This document shows positions 24,356-37,500 of a DNA stretch of 64,000 nt, one piece after another (the first letter of the stretch is position 1; the number at the start of each line of letters is the position of its first letter). The translations under genes and the position numbers were made by a program. The DNA is from Podarcis bocagei. Lineage: Eukaryota. The notes below the pieces were generated by a model, which did not search any database, had not been told where the DNA came from, and saw only the letters and a list, made by a program, of their open reading frames with translations. The stretch is taken from NCBI GenBank assembly GCA_964188305.1, contig OZ076887.1; one strand, 5' to 3'.

Positions 24356-27300
24356 CATTTCTTGACAAAGAAAGTAGGTAACTGGACTTATTTTGGCTCA
24401 GGACTGCATTGAGTCAGTTCCACACCTGAGATGCACACACAACCCATGTAAATGTTGTATACTAATGGTAATATCCATGTTGGGCCACAAATGTTGAATC
24501 TGCATAATGGCTTGTGCCCAATATATTAAAAAAGATCATATCCTTGCCTAAAGTCAAATCTGTTCTCAGACTGGCTGAAAGAGCTATCTTAACAATACCA
24601 CCTATTTGCCAAAATTCAGCAGAAACAGAAGTATTCTCAGGGCTGCCCAAAAACTGGGCAACTGCCTTTACCCAGAGGTTTGTCAAACACTTGAGCTTTT
24701 TTTTAAGAATAGCTGTAAGCAGTTTATAATGCATAAGAAGCTTTTAGCATGCAAGGTTGTGTCACCATATAGATGAGAGTGTAGCATTTTGATGTGTTAA
24801 AACAAAATCATGCCACTAAAATCAGTGCATGTTGCTAATTTGCCATCATCTACCCTGAACATTTGGGAAGAGGCTGGATAGAAATTTGAATAAATAAAGC
24901 ATACTCCAAGACAGCTCATTTTTAAGTGCAGCCCTACAATCTTGTGCTCTCAGTTTGCATACATAATTTTTAATGCTATCACTGAACATTCTGTCCACAA
25001 TCCAAAGGCAGTAGATGGTCATGACAGACAGATTGTTGACAAGTCTGCTAGGAAGAAGAAAAAAATCCATTAGTGATCTGGATTTTAAGTCCAAGGAACT
25101 GACAATGAAATTGTTTAAATCACAATAGTATCATCAGTTCCTGATTTCTACCAAAACTTAATTTGCTGGCATTTAAAGGTTAATATTATTGATAACCAGT
25201 AAAATATTTCAGCCTATTACTGTTTAGATCATTAGTGACTCTCTCTCATTTGTAAACAGCTACAATAACTTGTCCTTGGAGGGGTGCAAATGAGAACATT
25301 TCTTGGCCTGCTGTATATGTGTAGCTAATCCCTTGGGGAAATATTGTTTTTAAACTTGTCAAAAACATAGTAGTTTTTCAGAGTATTTGGAAATGGGAAT
25401 AAAGTTGACTAGCTAGTCCCTTGGACTATCAAATGGATTGAAGGTACTGATAATTACGAGGTCAATTTGGGACACTGGCGTAAATTATAAATTTTATGCT
25501 ATTCAAAAGTATGCAACCTGTTGACAATCACATTTTACTAACAACATGCTTTATCAAGACTATTCTGGTTCCCAATAAAATATTTGGAAGACAATGGCCT
25601 GGTCACACTAACCCAAATCTTTGCTTAGCATGACAATTCTTTGCTTAGTTTGGCACTTTGCTCCTCCCCTGTCTTTTTGCAGTTGTGCCAAGCTAAAACA
25701 AAGTTAGGTTTGGCATGTTGTCCAACCCCAGAGTTGTGGTTAAGTTTTATTCAGACTAACCATGAGCTATAACAAAGAATAAACCTTGGCCTCTGGTCAA
25801 ATTCATTAATGCCCTTTTATGCTTACCATTTTAATGTACCTTTTTAATGACACATTCTAAAAAAAACACTTAAGGCCACAATTCAAACTTAACTGGATTG
25901 TTTCTAGTGTCCCTAATCCATAGCATGCCTTCTACTAACTAAGTTCTAATGAACTCTGGGAGATTTAATTCTGAGTAAATATGGCTAGGACAGGGTTTCA
26001 CATTACTTTCAATTATTTGTCATAATGTATGTTTGTCTGATGCTTCTCAATAAATCTATCAACTACCCTTTGTGATAGGCCAATATTATACAGTATATGC
26101 ATTTTTAAAGGAAGTTGATGAGACACGCAAAATGACTTTGTGGCTGAGGAAAGATTTGAACTGGGAATCATTCCCACCCCTAGCTGCTGCTTTGGAATAC
26201 TATGCCACACTAACTCCCTGAAATCACAATGGCTAAAGTCATATTCAAGAGCTCCAGAGACAAAATCAATCCTGCTTAAGCCCCACTGAACTAAATGTGA
26301 ACGGAGCTAGTTGCAACAGAGTTCTCCTTTATTTTAATACAACTTTAGGACAAATGGCTTTGCCTGGACTGGTACAAATGTGTTCTTGTTGCAGCTCTCA
26401 AACACATTAAGATGAGCTCAACTTTAAACAGAGTCGGTCCCCACAATCATTTCTTGGTTATGTTTTCTGCAATAAATTTCCTGTAAGTTTTGTATGTGAG
26501 AGAGAGCACTGTACAATATAATATCCCACCACCTCTAGAAAACTTTCAGAATGTGAGCTGAGATAGGATATGGTGATAAGCAATCTCATAACATGCCTGA
26601 TATATGTCGGTATGTGTGTCACAACACTACTAACCACCATGATGGAGGCAAAATCATCCTATGTTGGCTTTATCACATCAGCTGCAATCCCAAAAATGGT
26701 TGTACAAATCCACTACTACTGACAACAACCCCTCTTTTAAACTAGAGGCAGTACAAGAGAAACATATTTTACTGGCCCACTTATTTACCTGCATAGCCCG
26801 AATTCTTTTTTTTAAAAAACTAAATCTGAGACAAAAAGACCCAATACTAGTCAGGATAAACTAGGCTTCCCTGGTTTAGTATACATTTTAAATCAAGAGG
26901 TTCTCCTCAGCTGTGCTCTTATAAAAAGCATGTGAGAACCTCAGTTCATAGCGCCATGGCCCATTGATTGAACATCCTTTGGAAGTACTAATACGTCATG
27001 ATTCCTTCTTCAAGACAGATTGAAGAGAAATATTGTTTAAACTATATTTTTCATCTCCAATCTGTTAGTCCTTCCAAAGCACCTTGTATCAGAGTTTTCA
27101 GTTGTGTGATCCATCAAGCATAGCAGAATCATTATGTACAGCCTAGAAGCAGAAACAACATCCCATCCGGTGTTAAATGTGAGGCAGGACTCAAAGGCAA
27201 AAGATCATCCCTTCCATAATTTCTTCAAACAACAAATCTCAGGTATCCTAAGCTCACAGCATTGAGGGGAGGGGGTTATATGAAAAGAACAAATGTTCAG

Positions 27301-28979
27301 GAAGTGACAGAGATGGACAGAGTTAAATGCTGTAACATGGTACTTATTCACAGCACATTAGGCAAAAGAACACTAAAATTAGGCATAACATTTTATTCCC
27401 TTGGTAATATTCTTCAGCCCTGACCAGAGATGGTAGAAGACAAAATTTTGCTTGGAAAAATGAATTTTGACACTAACTCTGCCCCAATAATACCCCAATA
27501 AGTATAAAATGTAAGGTGGAACCATATAGTCTGTTGGACCCAGTACCTAAACATTTAAGCTAATCCATCACAAACTTGACTATTTAATATGTTCTTCATT
27601 TCTACAACCAAAATAGAAATAAATTCTAGAAGGTTGAAAAATGTAGAAAGCTAAAAACATCCAGTCCTAGAACAATATACAACTGAAGCTAAATAAATAA
27701 GGTTTTGCTGTTGTAAACAGCATATATGGACACTGAGGACAAAGAAGCTTTAACTGTGCTGTGTTCAAGACCAAAGTAGCTGTCTGCTCAAAACCTAGCA
27801 TGCAAATGATTTTTTAAACAGTGCTTTCCCTACCACTCCATGGCCAATAACAACTAGCAATGAGCAGCACAATCCACAACCCACAACTTACAAACAGCTG
27901 GATCATTGCCAGATAGAAATAAAACATCAGTATATACCATGCCCTTTTTCTAATCAGTTTCCCAATTCAAGAGCACCATGCTGGCATGAGATATGCCATG
28001 CTGGGATGAGGGAGATGGGTTTTGAAAACAGCAGACCCTGATGCTGAATGGCCTTAAAATCTTCAATCTTGCAGATGTTTATGAGTTTGCCTGGTGCAGA
28101 GCTATAATCAATTTGCTTATGCCTGACCCTCAAGATGCATTAAATTTATCCTGAAGGAAACTAGTGTCTGAAACCAATCGGCCAGACTCATTAGACACGT
28201 GGGAGTTTCAGAGAACCGAAGGGCCTACTGGCAGATGCAACATTGATTTCTGTATGTTCACAATTTACCAGACTGCTCCATACTAGACGTGATGGCTCTC
28301 TATGGGGTGCCCTGCAGCCTTGATTATTTCACATCCAAGCTGGCTAGCATAGTTATGTGGCAAATGTATATTTGCAGCCTTTCCCAAGGAGCAATATTAA
28401 ACTCTGGTATCCACACCATATCTAACGAGATAAAATAAATAAAATAAACATTTTACTTTAATGGTCTGTTAGACATTTTTGTGACTCGAACCACTTCTCT
28501 ATTCTCCTTCAATCATTTTGTAACTTTAAATTTTTCACATAAACATGTTGGTACTAATAAAAGAATAATGTACTTTAATGGGAGGAAATCACATTTAATC
28601 GATATACTATTAGCATGGGTGAACTGTACTTTGTTGACAAACCTTAGAGAGAATTTACAGCGGGCAAGTTACTTGCCCCAATAAACAATTTGCAAATGCT
28701 GGGGCTCTGTGGTTCATAAGAGTTTAAATATCACCACAAAGCCTCCCCATTGCTTACAATCAAAGAAGGAACAAACAATAACAAAATGGTACATTTTGTT
28801 GAACTATAATGGCAAGAGGTACATGATGACAACAGCAGTTATTCTGCTTGATACAAGTGTTATCCTAGAAAATGAGATCACTTACTAAATGTGATTCTGA
28901 AGGATGGCATTTGAAAGAACAGCTATATTTTGAACTATCATTGTGTCAAAAAGTATAATTACTGTGTGCCTGCTTAAGT

Positions 28980-28981
<2 letters not shown>

Positions 28982-29016
<35 letters not shown>
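28982..29016. repeat. (TG)n microsatellite
   Basis: About 17 GT units. Confidence 0.95.
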
Positions 29017-29019
<3 letters not shown>

Positions 29020-32000
29020 ATTGATAAAGTATAGCAATGGTTATGTCTGCAAGGCACCACTGCTTCATTAGATTCAGAACAGCACTTTCTGAATTCAACT
29101 TGCAAAGTTCCCATGAGAATGTTTGTGGCTGGTTTGTGAGTACACACACCTCTCTCACTATATATAGGGGTGGGTATACCCACATGTTCATTTTTTATAT
29201 ATATATTGACTCAACTTCTGCATAATGTGAAATTATGAAGAGTCAAAACAAACTAGAGTTCCTCAAAAAGCAAATTTAATGATTCATAATGGAAAACAAG
29301 ACCAGGGAAATCGTACAAAAAAACCAGGATAGCTCACCATAAAGTCATACTATAAATTAATAACTTCGGTGAACAATCTAGTCACATATGCAGTGGCAAG
29401 AACATGCTTCAGCAGTGTATACTCAAACACAAAAGAAGAGCTGTTGCTGGCAATGAGCAAACTATTTTGCATGCCAAGCTCTTAGGCTTGCCACCTAACA
29501 CTTATTAATTCATCAGACAAGACAATCTATAAACTAAGCTAAAAATCAAAGTACTGCTTTTAGTTCTTTCTTAAAATCCCCACCGCACCCCCATTTTCAA
29601 TTATTTTGTCTTTATTTTTTTTCTTTGTGTAAGCTTGTCAGTACAGCTCACTTTTTTCCCAGTGGCCAAAAACAGGACCTCTATCTTTTAAAAAGCAATT
29701 ATGTTTTTATTTACACAGCTTTTTGATTCTCTCACTTATCTGGGTTTTATTTTGTATTATAATCTCACTATACTTAATAAATACATATGCATATGGTGAT
29801 TTAACTAGATGGTAACCACTAAGTTTAAGATCAGCATTCAAACTTGAACAATGAGTGAAAGTAACTGCAAGCTGTTACATATGAAGGGTTAACAGTTTGC
29901 TCAAACAATTCTTTGTCTGATGATTATTGTGTCATTTTTACCATACTTAGTTCTCATATTTGGTATTTCATCAAAGGTAGCCTGAGAAACCCAAAATTTT
30001 AAATCTGCACCTCCTTAGTATACATATATTTTCTACAAAGAAAAGAAGTGAGGGGGTATACTTATAAATTAGACCCCCAAAAAACCCAACAAAAAACCCA
30101 AACACTCCACAGTCAATTTCTAGTGGCTAGAGGACTAATTAAATACAATTAAGGGATAATTTATGCTTAATTCCAACCTCACAACCAGGATAGGTTGTTT
30201 TTGGCTTTTTAAAAAATTAGGTCAGTTAAAATGAAAACCTCGGTTTTTAAGGAGATTAACAGCCATTATAACAGGATAAAACTACTCTTATATCATAAAA
30301 AGAAGGAAGGCATTTTCAACCAAACATTCTAGTAATCCAGCACAATTATACAGTAAACATGTAAGTCAATTATTAGCTTACTAGAAGACTAAATTATATT
30401 CAGGTCCTGTGAAAGACTTTGGAGTAACTGAAATAATAGATTTTACTGTCTACAATTAAATAGGCTTTTTTTGCTATCTCTGTTCTGCTTTTCTATACAG
30501 AATATCATTTGGCAGTACAAAAATAATACTTCCCTTCACCCTTTGCCACCTCTGTATCAGTAAGTCGTTAAGGTTCTCAGAATCACAATATAAGGCACAA
30601 TATTTCAGTCAGTGAAAACATATACTCTCTCACAAGCATGTCACACAGAATTAATTCCTTCTGAAATTTTAACTGAAACAACATTAAGACTATCCGTCTG
30701 ACTTTCTCCTTTTTAGAAAAACAAAAAATAATGATGCAAACACTGAATAATGGCTGCTGTGCATTTCAGAAAACAAAACCACTAAATTCCTGTTTGACTT
30801 AGAAGAAGAATCAGGTTCTCTCAATATTTCATATATTTCCCCCCCCCCAATGCATGCAGTAAAAAGAAATAGCCTATTCTTTTGTTCCCTCGTCAAGCAA
30901 ATCAAATTCCTTGCAGTTGCTGAACAGAAAGCCAAAATAACGAAGTATAAAAGAGGGCATGCTTACCTTTATGGGCTATCAAATGGAACGCAGGAAAATT
31001 GCAAAACAAAGTAGTCCAAATGAATTATCTATGCATGCAGTCCAACTTTGCACTTTCAAGTAGGCCACACCGTCAAGCAATCATTTCAAACACCAGCCAC
31101 CCTGCTTTTCCATCTTCGAGATATTCACCCAGAAATCTGTGACAAACCAGCTTCACGCTAACAACACAAACTCTTGCAGGGCTTCCAAATGTCCACCATT
31201 TGTTTGCCATTCACCCAGTCAACTTTTTCCAGTGCACATCTTCTCTCTGTGTGTGCATTTCCCGAGGTACAAGAGACAGGAATTGCTCATTTGTATGCTA
31301 ATTATTTTGCCACACAGACAGAAGTCATAATGTTTTCAGACAGGAACACAATGGATCCAAAGTTGGAAGGCAAGAAATTAATAAGTTGACGCCACTAAAC
31401 GGCGGAGGAAGATGTACATGTGTGCAGCACTCTGCTTGCTGGATCAGCAGTAGCCTCCATTTAAAAGAACTAGCAGCAGAGAGGCAGGCAGTGGGCTACA
31501 GGAAAGCCTAGCTGTGTAGTATATGCATCAAGCACAGGTTCCCTTAGAGACCACATTACTGCAGCAAAATAACATCAGTAGCATACTGCTGACTGATATC
31601 CTCCTCTAGCTGCTGTAAACTTCACCTCTGAATTAAGAGAGGGGCTCCTCGCCTTCCTTTGCCCCCACTTTTGGATTACAACAATAGTTTCTAAATCTCC
31701 TGTTTATTAGACTCACCAACAGAGTCAGGCAAGATTGAGGATGTATACTGTATGCTGCCTACATTGTTACCCACAGGCCCCTAAATCTCTGGAGGTGTAT
31801 CATGTGCAATGCTGTATTTAATATAATAGATGGGAACGGTAAATACTACTCAAGCTATTTAACAGCAACCCAGTGAAAGATATATGTTTTTAACATGGGG
31901 TCTCCAATTCTACGACGGACAAAAGTCTGCTCTTTATAGAAAACGCCAGGAAATTCAGCAAGCTCCCTACCATTTTGACGTGTTTCCTTGGAAAGAATTA

Positions 32001-32950
32001 AAACTCTGCTTAATCCTTATATAATCGTGCAACGTGTACAGGGTTAACTCCAAGTATGTCTTTAACCTCATTTTGGTTAGCATATAGCTACACATACCTT
32101 TGAAGGGAAGGCGCAAGAAAAGCAAACCTTTAATGAGGATAAATGGAAATAAGCCAGATACATTAAACAAAAACTATCTCTGCTATAAAGTTTGGGAACA
32201 AAACTTTTGTGTGTGTGTGTCTGTGTTTGTTTGTTTGTGTGTGTATGTGTATACATACACATACATGTGATGATTCATATACAAAAAAGCTAGGGTGTCT
32301 GGAAGCTTTCTTCAGAATTTTGCCACAAGATATATTTTGTTTCTGCTGCACTTTCTCCCAAGGCTAGTAAAGAACTGTTTTAAAGGGTCATCAGTCAGAG
32401 ACAGGTCTAAATTAATTCACTTCAGGCACACAGCACATACCTGAAAAGTCTAACCTGCATAATACTCATAAGACAGGTAACTTTGCTGTTACTGTTGCTT
32501 GAAACATGACCCTTTAGGAACTTTGCGACTGTAACCCTATGCTTAAAAGGTCAAAATAAATTTTACTGGCCAGTTCCCTGCACAAGAAGGGGTTTGTTTT
32601 TAATGTATTTTATGCCAACTTTTCTTAATTCTAATTATTGTGGTCAAAACCAGTGAGCTAGGTACAAGCTGTAGGGACCTTTACATGGAGGCACTCCACA
32701 ACTACAGGAAAGCCATGAAAAGAAACCAGAAACATCTCACACAGATGGCAACACACACAAACTACTCTTCCTGGTACTATTTTTTCCCCCATGTATAAAA
32801 CATGTATGGACATTGGAGAAGTAACTGGCGAAGAGCTGCAAGAGAGAAAGCTTTCCCTGTGATTGAGGAACAAAATCTCTTCCCACACAATATCTTATCA
32901 GAGTGCTCTGTGTGTCTGTCTCTCACACAGACAGTAGCACAAGCCTGCAT

Positions 32951-32952
<2 letters not shown>

Positions 32953-32995
<43 letters not shown>

Positions 32996-33011
32996 ACACA
33001 CACACACACAC
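32953..33011. repeat. Compound (TA)n(CA)n microsatellite
   Basis: About 20 AT units followed directly by about 9 CA units. Confidence 0.95.
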
Positions 33012-33099
33012 CACAGTTCCCTCACGAGTTCTCTCTCACACACGGTCAAACCCACCCACCACCCCATTCACTCACATCCCACCGTTTTCTCCCCCCTCA

Positions 33100-33140
33100 C
33101 ACAAGCACAACCTTCCACAATTTCCCCTCACAAACGCGCG

Positions 33141-33173
<33 letters not shown>

Positions 33174-33631
33174 CCCAGTCCCCTCAGAGTTCTGTCACAC
33201 ACAATGCCCACCGCCTCCATCTCTCCCACCACACAATGCAGACACGCGTGAAGTTGCCCCTTCTCAACACACCCCAGATCTCCCCATCTCTCTCTCTCTC
33301 TTCCCCCCTACACTCATTCCCCCCTCTTCTTCTCCTTCACCATCCACTAGCTCCGTGTGTGTTGTGTGTGTGTGAACGCGCGCGCGCGCCCTCCCCCCAC
33401 CGCCGCCTCCGAACTGCAGCCTCCTCGAAAAGGAGAGACAACAATACTGACCGCTCCTGCCGCGGCGGAGGAGGCAGCTGGGCTGACCCCAGCGCGGGAA
33501 GTCACACGGCGCACCTCCTTGCGCAGCCACACACCAGCCAGAGTAATCCGCCTCTCGCGGCTGCCTGAGGTGGCCCGAGAGAAGAAGGCCCGAGACGAGA
33601 GACGCCGCGGCCAGCGGCGGCCGCGCACCAA

Positions 33632-33683
<52 letters not shown>

Positions 33684-33864
33684 TGGCAATTCCCTTCCCA
33701 GCTCGCACTGCAGTCTGTGAGGGGAAGGGAAAGCCTCGCTGGAGCGCAGCCCGCCCTTCGCTCGCTCGCTCGCTCGCTCTCTCGCTTCCCTCCTGGGCTC
33801 TCCCCGGCAGCTCCACAGACGAGGCAGCCACGCTGAGGGCAAACTTTGCTGACAAATCCTGCCC

Positions 33865-33908
<44 letters not shown>

Positions 33909-34520
33909 GGGGTGCGCGCGCTGCAGCGAAAGAATGCGAGGGCACAAGCCTTTCTCTCCTTGGACTCGATTGGGGAGGGGGGAGGCGGGACGCCGAGGTG
34001 TTTCCCCAGGAAGGAAAAGGGATCTTAGCGGGCTACCCCCTCCCTCGCACCTGGGCTTCCTTTCGCCTCCCCCAGCTCGCCTTCTCCATCGACGGAGCCT
34101 CCTGGGGCTCCCTCGGTTACACCTAAAGGCTCGAGCAGTGCGTCTGACCGGGGAAGCAAACAAACAAAAAAAGACTCGGAGTAACCTGGTGTGAACCAAG
34201 GGTGGCGATCCGAAGATTACGCAGGCCAGGCCAAGCCTGCGCTGGCTTTCTCGGGAGTAAGCTTCTGTTACTCCCGAGTAAGTGTGTGCAGGACGGCACT
34301 GCAGCTTTTCCTGGGGGGCGAGTTAAAGCTCGTCATCGAAACTCAGGGGACTTACTTTCAAGTAAAATAAATAAAAATTCCTTTAAATAAATAAAAGTAA
34401 CCCAGGATCGGAAGGGAGGGAGTGAAAGCGTGTTAAGGCGCTTTTCCAACGGATACAGCGCGTGGACAAAGCGTGATATAAAGCATCTTCGCTTGTCCTG
34501 GAAAAGCCCCGTCGATTTTG
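33100..34520 (-). promoter_or_regulatory. CpG island / proximal promoter of a minus-strand gene
   Basis: Sharp rise in CpG and GC content against CpG-depleted flanks. Contains (CT)n at 33634-33680, (TG)n at 33868-33907 and a minus-strand splice donor at its left side. Confidence 0.8.
33452..33760 (-). other. Candidate non-coding first exon (5' boundary approximate)
   Basis: Donor GCG|GTCAGT (GT at 33451-33450 on the minus strand) at the edge of the CpG-dense block. No ATG-initiated credible ORF. Confidence 0.55.
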
Positions 34521-37500
34521 ATGGTGCAGGAAAATTAGGAGGTAGAATTGGGTAAAATTAGGAGCCTGGTGTTTCTTCACACTTCCAGTGGCACTCTGAA
34601 GAAGAAGATATACCCAGGGGAGGGCAGGTGCCCCTCAGATATCATGGCGGGGCAGCCTGCACTGACTCAAAGGTCCTATGGATTTGTCACTGCTTTCAGG
34701 GTACTGATAATAAAGCTGGGTGAAGGTTAGCTCGCCAGGGCTACTGATGACTTCCTCCTAAAATGATGATATGTGCAAGTGGCTTTTGGGTGGCAGATTA
34801 GGTTTCTTGGGGGGGGGGGTCCTCGTCCAAATTACTCAGCGTTTGAAATGGGAAGAGGGATAAGTATTAGTTATCAATTTAAATGGGCATCTGTTTCTAT
34901 GGCTTTTGAGGTCAACTCTACTTTCCCCTCTTTCAAAAAATAAATAAATCAAATTGTTAAGGATTTGACCGTCTTTTAACAACAAAACAAAAGCATGTCC
35001 CGTACGAAGTCCCCTTACATGCAGCTATCGGCAGGAGCAGGATGAGAAAGCTCATACGGATCTTTCACATTTCTCCAGAATGTTTACATCATCTGCATTA
35101 GATGCCTCCCTGAAGTCACAAAGGCAAGACTTTACAGCCCCTTTCATAATTAGCGCTGCACCAAGGGTGCAACCCTAAGCACAATGGGAAGTAAACCCCA
35201 TTGAGTTCTGAGTAAGCATAGTTAGGATGGCACTGTAGTATACAGGAACCCATGCAGACGAACATCTTACCACAGATTCCCACCGGCTGTGTAAGAGAAC
35301 GTCGCCTTACCACTTGGTACGTTGGTGCAGAAGAAAGTTCACCCGAGGTTCTTTGGTCATCTGCATAGGCTCAAGTGCTAACGGGGATTAGACACCCTTC
35401 TTGATGAGCATGCAGTGCGAGGGGATGGGGAAATCCATCCTTTACCCACTGTGACTCTATGATACGATGGTTATAGGGAGCTAAGGAAAAGGATACTGAG
35501 TATATATACACTGTGCTGTTTTTAAGTGTGGATGCATTTACTCCTGAGAGAAGTGTTGGCGAAAAAGCAAGCAGCCCCCACTCTAGGGCGAATGCACTTA
35601 CAATTGGGTGGTAAGGGGCACCTAAAAAATAATGAAATTTGGTGCACCGCCGGGGAAACATCGCAAAGCTCCCACGCCCTGACTTCAATTGAAAGTCAAG
35701 GTAGGGACCCCAAACGACTGCAGCAGAACTGGCAAGTTCGAACAATAGCAAGTGCGGCAAATCGCTGCACTCGCCAGACTTGGGCTGAATGTTGGTGGGG
35801 TGGCGTGGGGCTTCCTTTCCCCAAAGGTATCTCTGCAGCAGACCGCTCTTTCCACTGGGTAAAGCTGTCATCCACGAAGCACCTATAATGAGAATGCAAC
35901 GCCTTCTCTTTGATGCACACGGGAGCAGGATAACGCAGTTTGTCTCATTCAGCCCCTACACTTGAAAACATAACGTTTCATTTATTTTGACTGGCTGGAG
36001 CGGGAGAGGGGCCGGACCTGGAGGAACACGAGACAACGCCAGAAGTACAACAGACAAGGTTCACCACTGCCAGGCTGGAACTGTAGATCTTTGTGGGAAT
36101 GCAGAGCTGTGAACAGCCTTCATTTAAACAGCAAATTGTAGGTGTCACTATGAATGCCTCTGTCCTATATATTCTCTCTTCCCCTAGCTTCCTCCTCTTA
36201 CTTTCTCCCCACCCTGAAAACAATACACACGGGCACACGCACAAGTCCAATACTGTACTGAAATCCCATGCACACGTAGTAGCAACTCCCATTGCATACA
36301 CCGGGAGTTACTTCCCGTGTAAACATGCAGAATATGTTGCTGGAGAGAGTAGCAAATAAAACTGGCCTCAAATAAAGCGTTCACAGTGTGCAACCAGGAG
36401 CCCTAATTGCATGCTTAACAGCTCAGTACTAAACACATTTTCTTAGAAGCATGCATAGGATTGCATCTTTAACAGAGTTGCCTAAGAATGAGGAGCGGGG
36501 CATATATGCATATCTAATTGTCTCTGCCACAAGTCCCTTGAATTCAGAGAAAACTCTGAACACAATGGAGTCTAATGATGGCTTGGAATTTTCAGCATAG
36601 TGGCACGTTTCCTGAAAAATAGGGAGGATATTCAAAACAGGATGGAAAAGTTGCTGCACATGCGCAGTAACCGCATCTCATGATAACAATGTAGCTTCAA
36701 ATAATAAAGTCAAACAGCAGACAGCTTCGTTGATCATGCGCGGATGCTATGCAAAACATCGTGCTTCAAACAATGTTCTTTTAGACTTAGTTCAGGATGC
36801 TGACGGAGTGTTAGCTCCACACAATGAAGGGGGGGAGCAGAGACTTCTCAGAAAAGACAATCTCTATGATTATTTAGTACTACAGCTGAGACATTCAGTT
36901 GAGCAAACGCTCTCGGAAGAAATAAATGTGCGTGAGTGAGTGAGTGAGAGATGGGGGGGCGTTTAAAGTCTGAATATGGGTGGGAGTCCATTGCAAGCGC
37001 GGTGGAGTACTGCAGTTGTGAAGAGTTTAAAGTGATGGTGGGCATGCTATTGTTCGTAGGTTTGTAGGGAACACTAGTCATGTTTGTTCCAAACGGGCTC
37101 ATTTGAAGGCAAGCAACGCTGTTGAAGGAAAAAAACCTGCAATGTCAATAATGTCCTAGTCTTAAAACTGTATCTATGAAACAATGCGAGAGAGAGAAAT
37201 TCCTACATTTTCCCCACCCCAACGTTTAGCAGGCTAAGTAAAATACATGCATGAATAAGGACAAAAGTGGATATATCTTGTGTTTTTTCCCTCTTCAAGA
37301 ATATGCATAGTGCCTATGATGGCTGTGGAGTATAAACATTCCCCTTTCTTTAACCTGCTCTTTGTAGTAGAGTCGCTGAACTGAGGGAAGTGAGTTATTT
37401 TCCTATTTGCCAGTGAACTAATAGGAAGTCAGGACTCAAAAGTAATTGCTATCAGCAACGGACAGCTCCTGGTGCTGAAAAGAGAAGCCGCTTTCATAAT

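Noticed and set aside
32777-34199. Long overlapping ORFs (up to 311 aa) across the CpG island
   Set aside because: They are stop-poor because of GC richness and microsatellites (THTH, ERER, YIYI runs). The 311-aa frame starts at a non-ATG codon, and none has a recognisable domain.
34250-34278. Perfect 11-bp inverted repeat CTCGGGAGTAA-N7-TTACTCCCGAG near the promoter
   Set aside because: It resembles a short palindromic dispersed repeat with degenerate relatives elsewhere in the window (about 25940-25990 and 35165-35235), so it is probably a repeat remnant rather than a unique structure.
35270-35360. Minus-strand donors (GTG|GTAAGA, GTG|GTAAGG) suggesting a 50-nt exon
   Set aside because: The acceptor lacks a good polypyrimidine tract, and it cannot be told from chance without transcript data.
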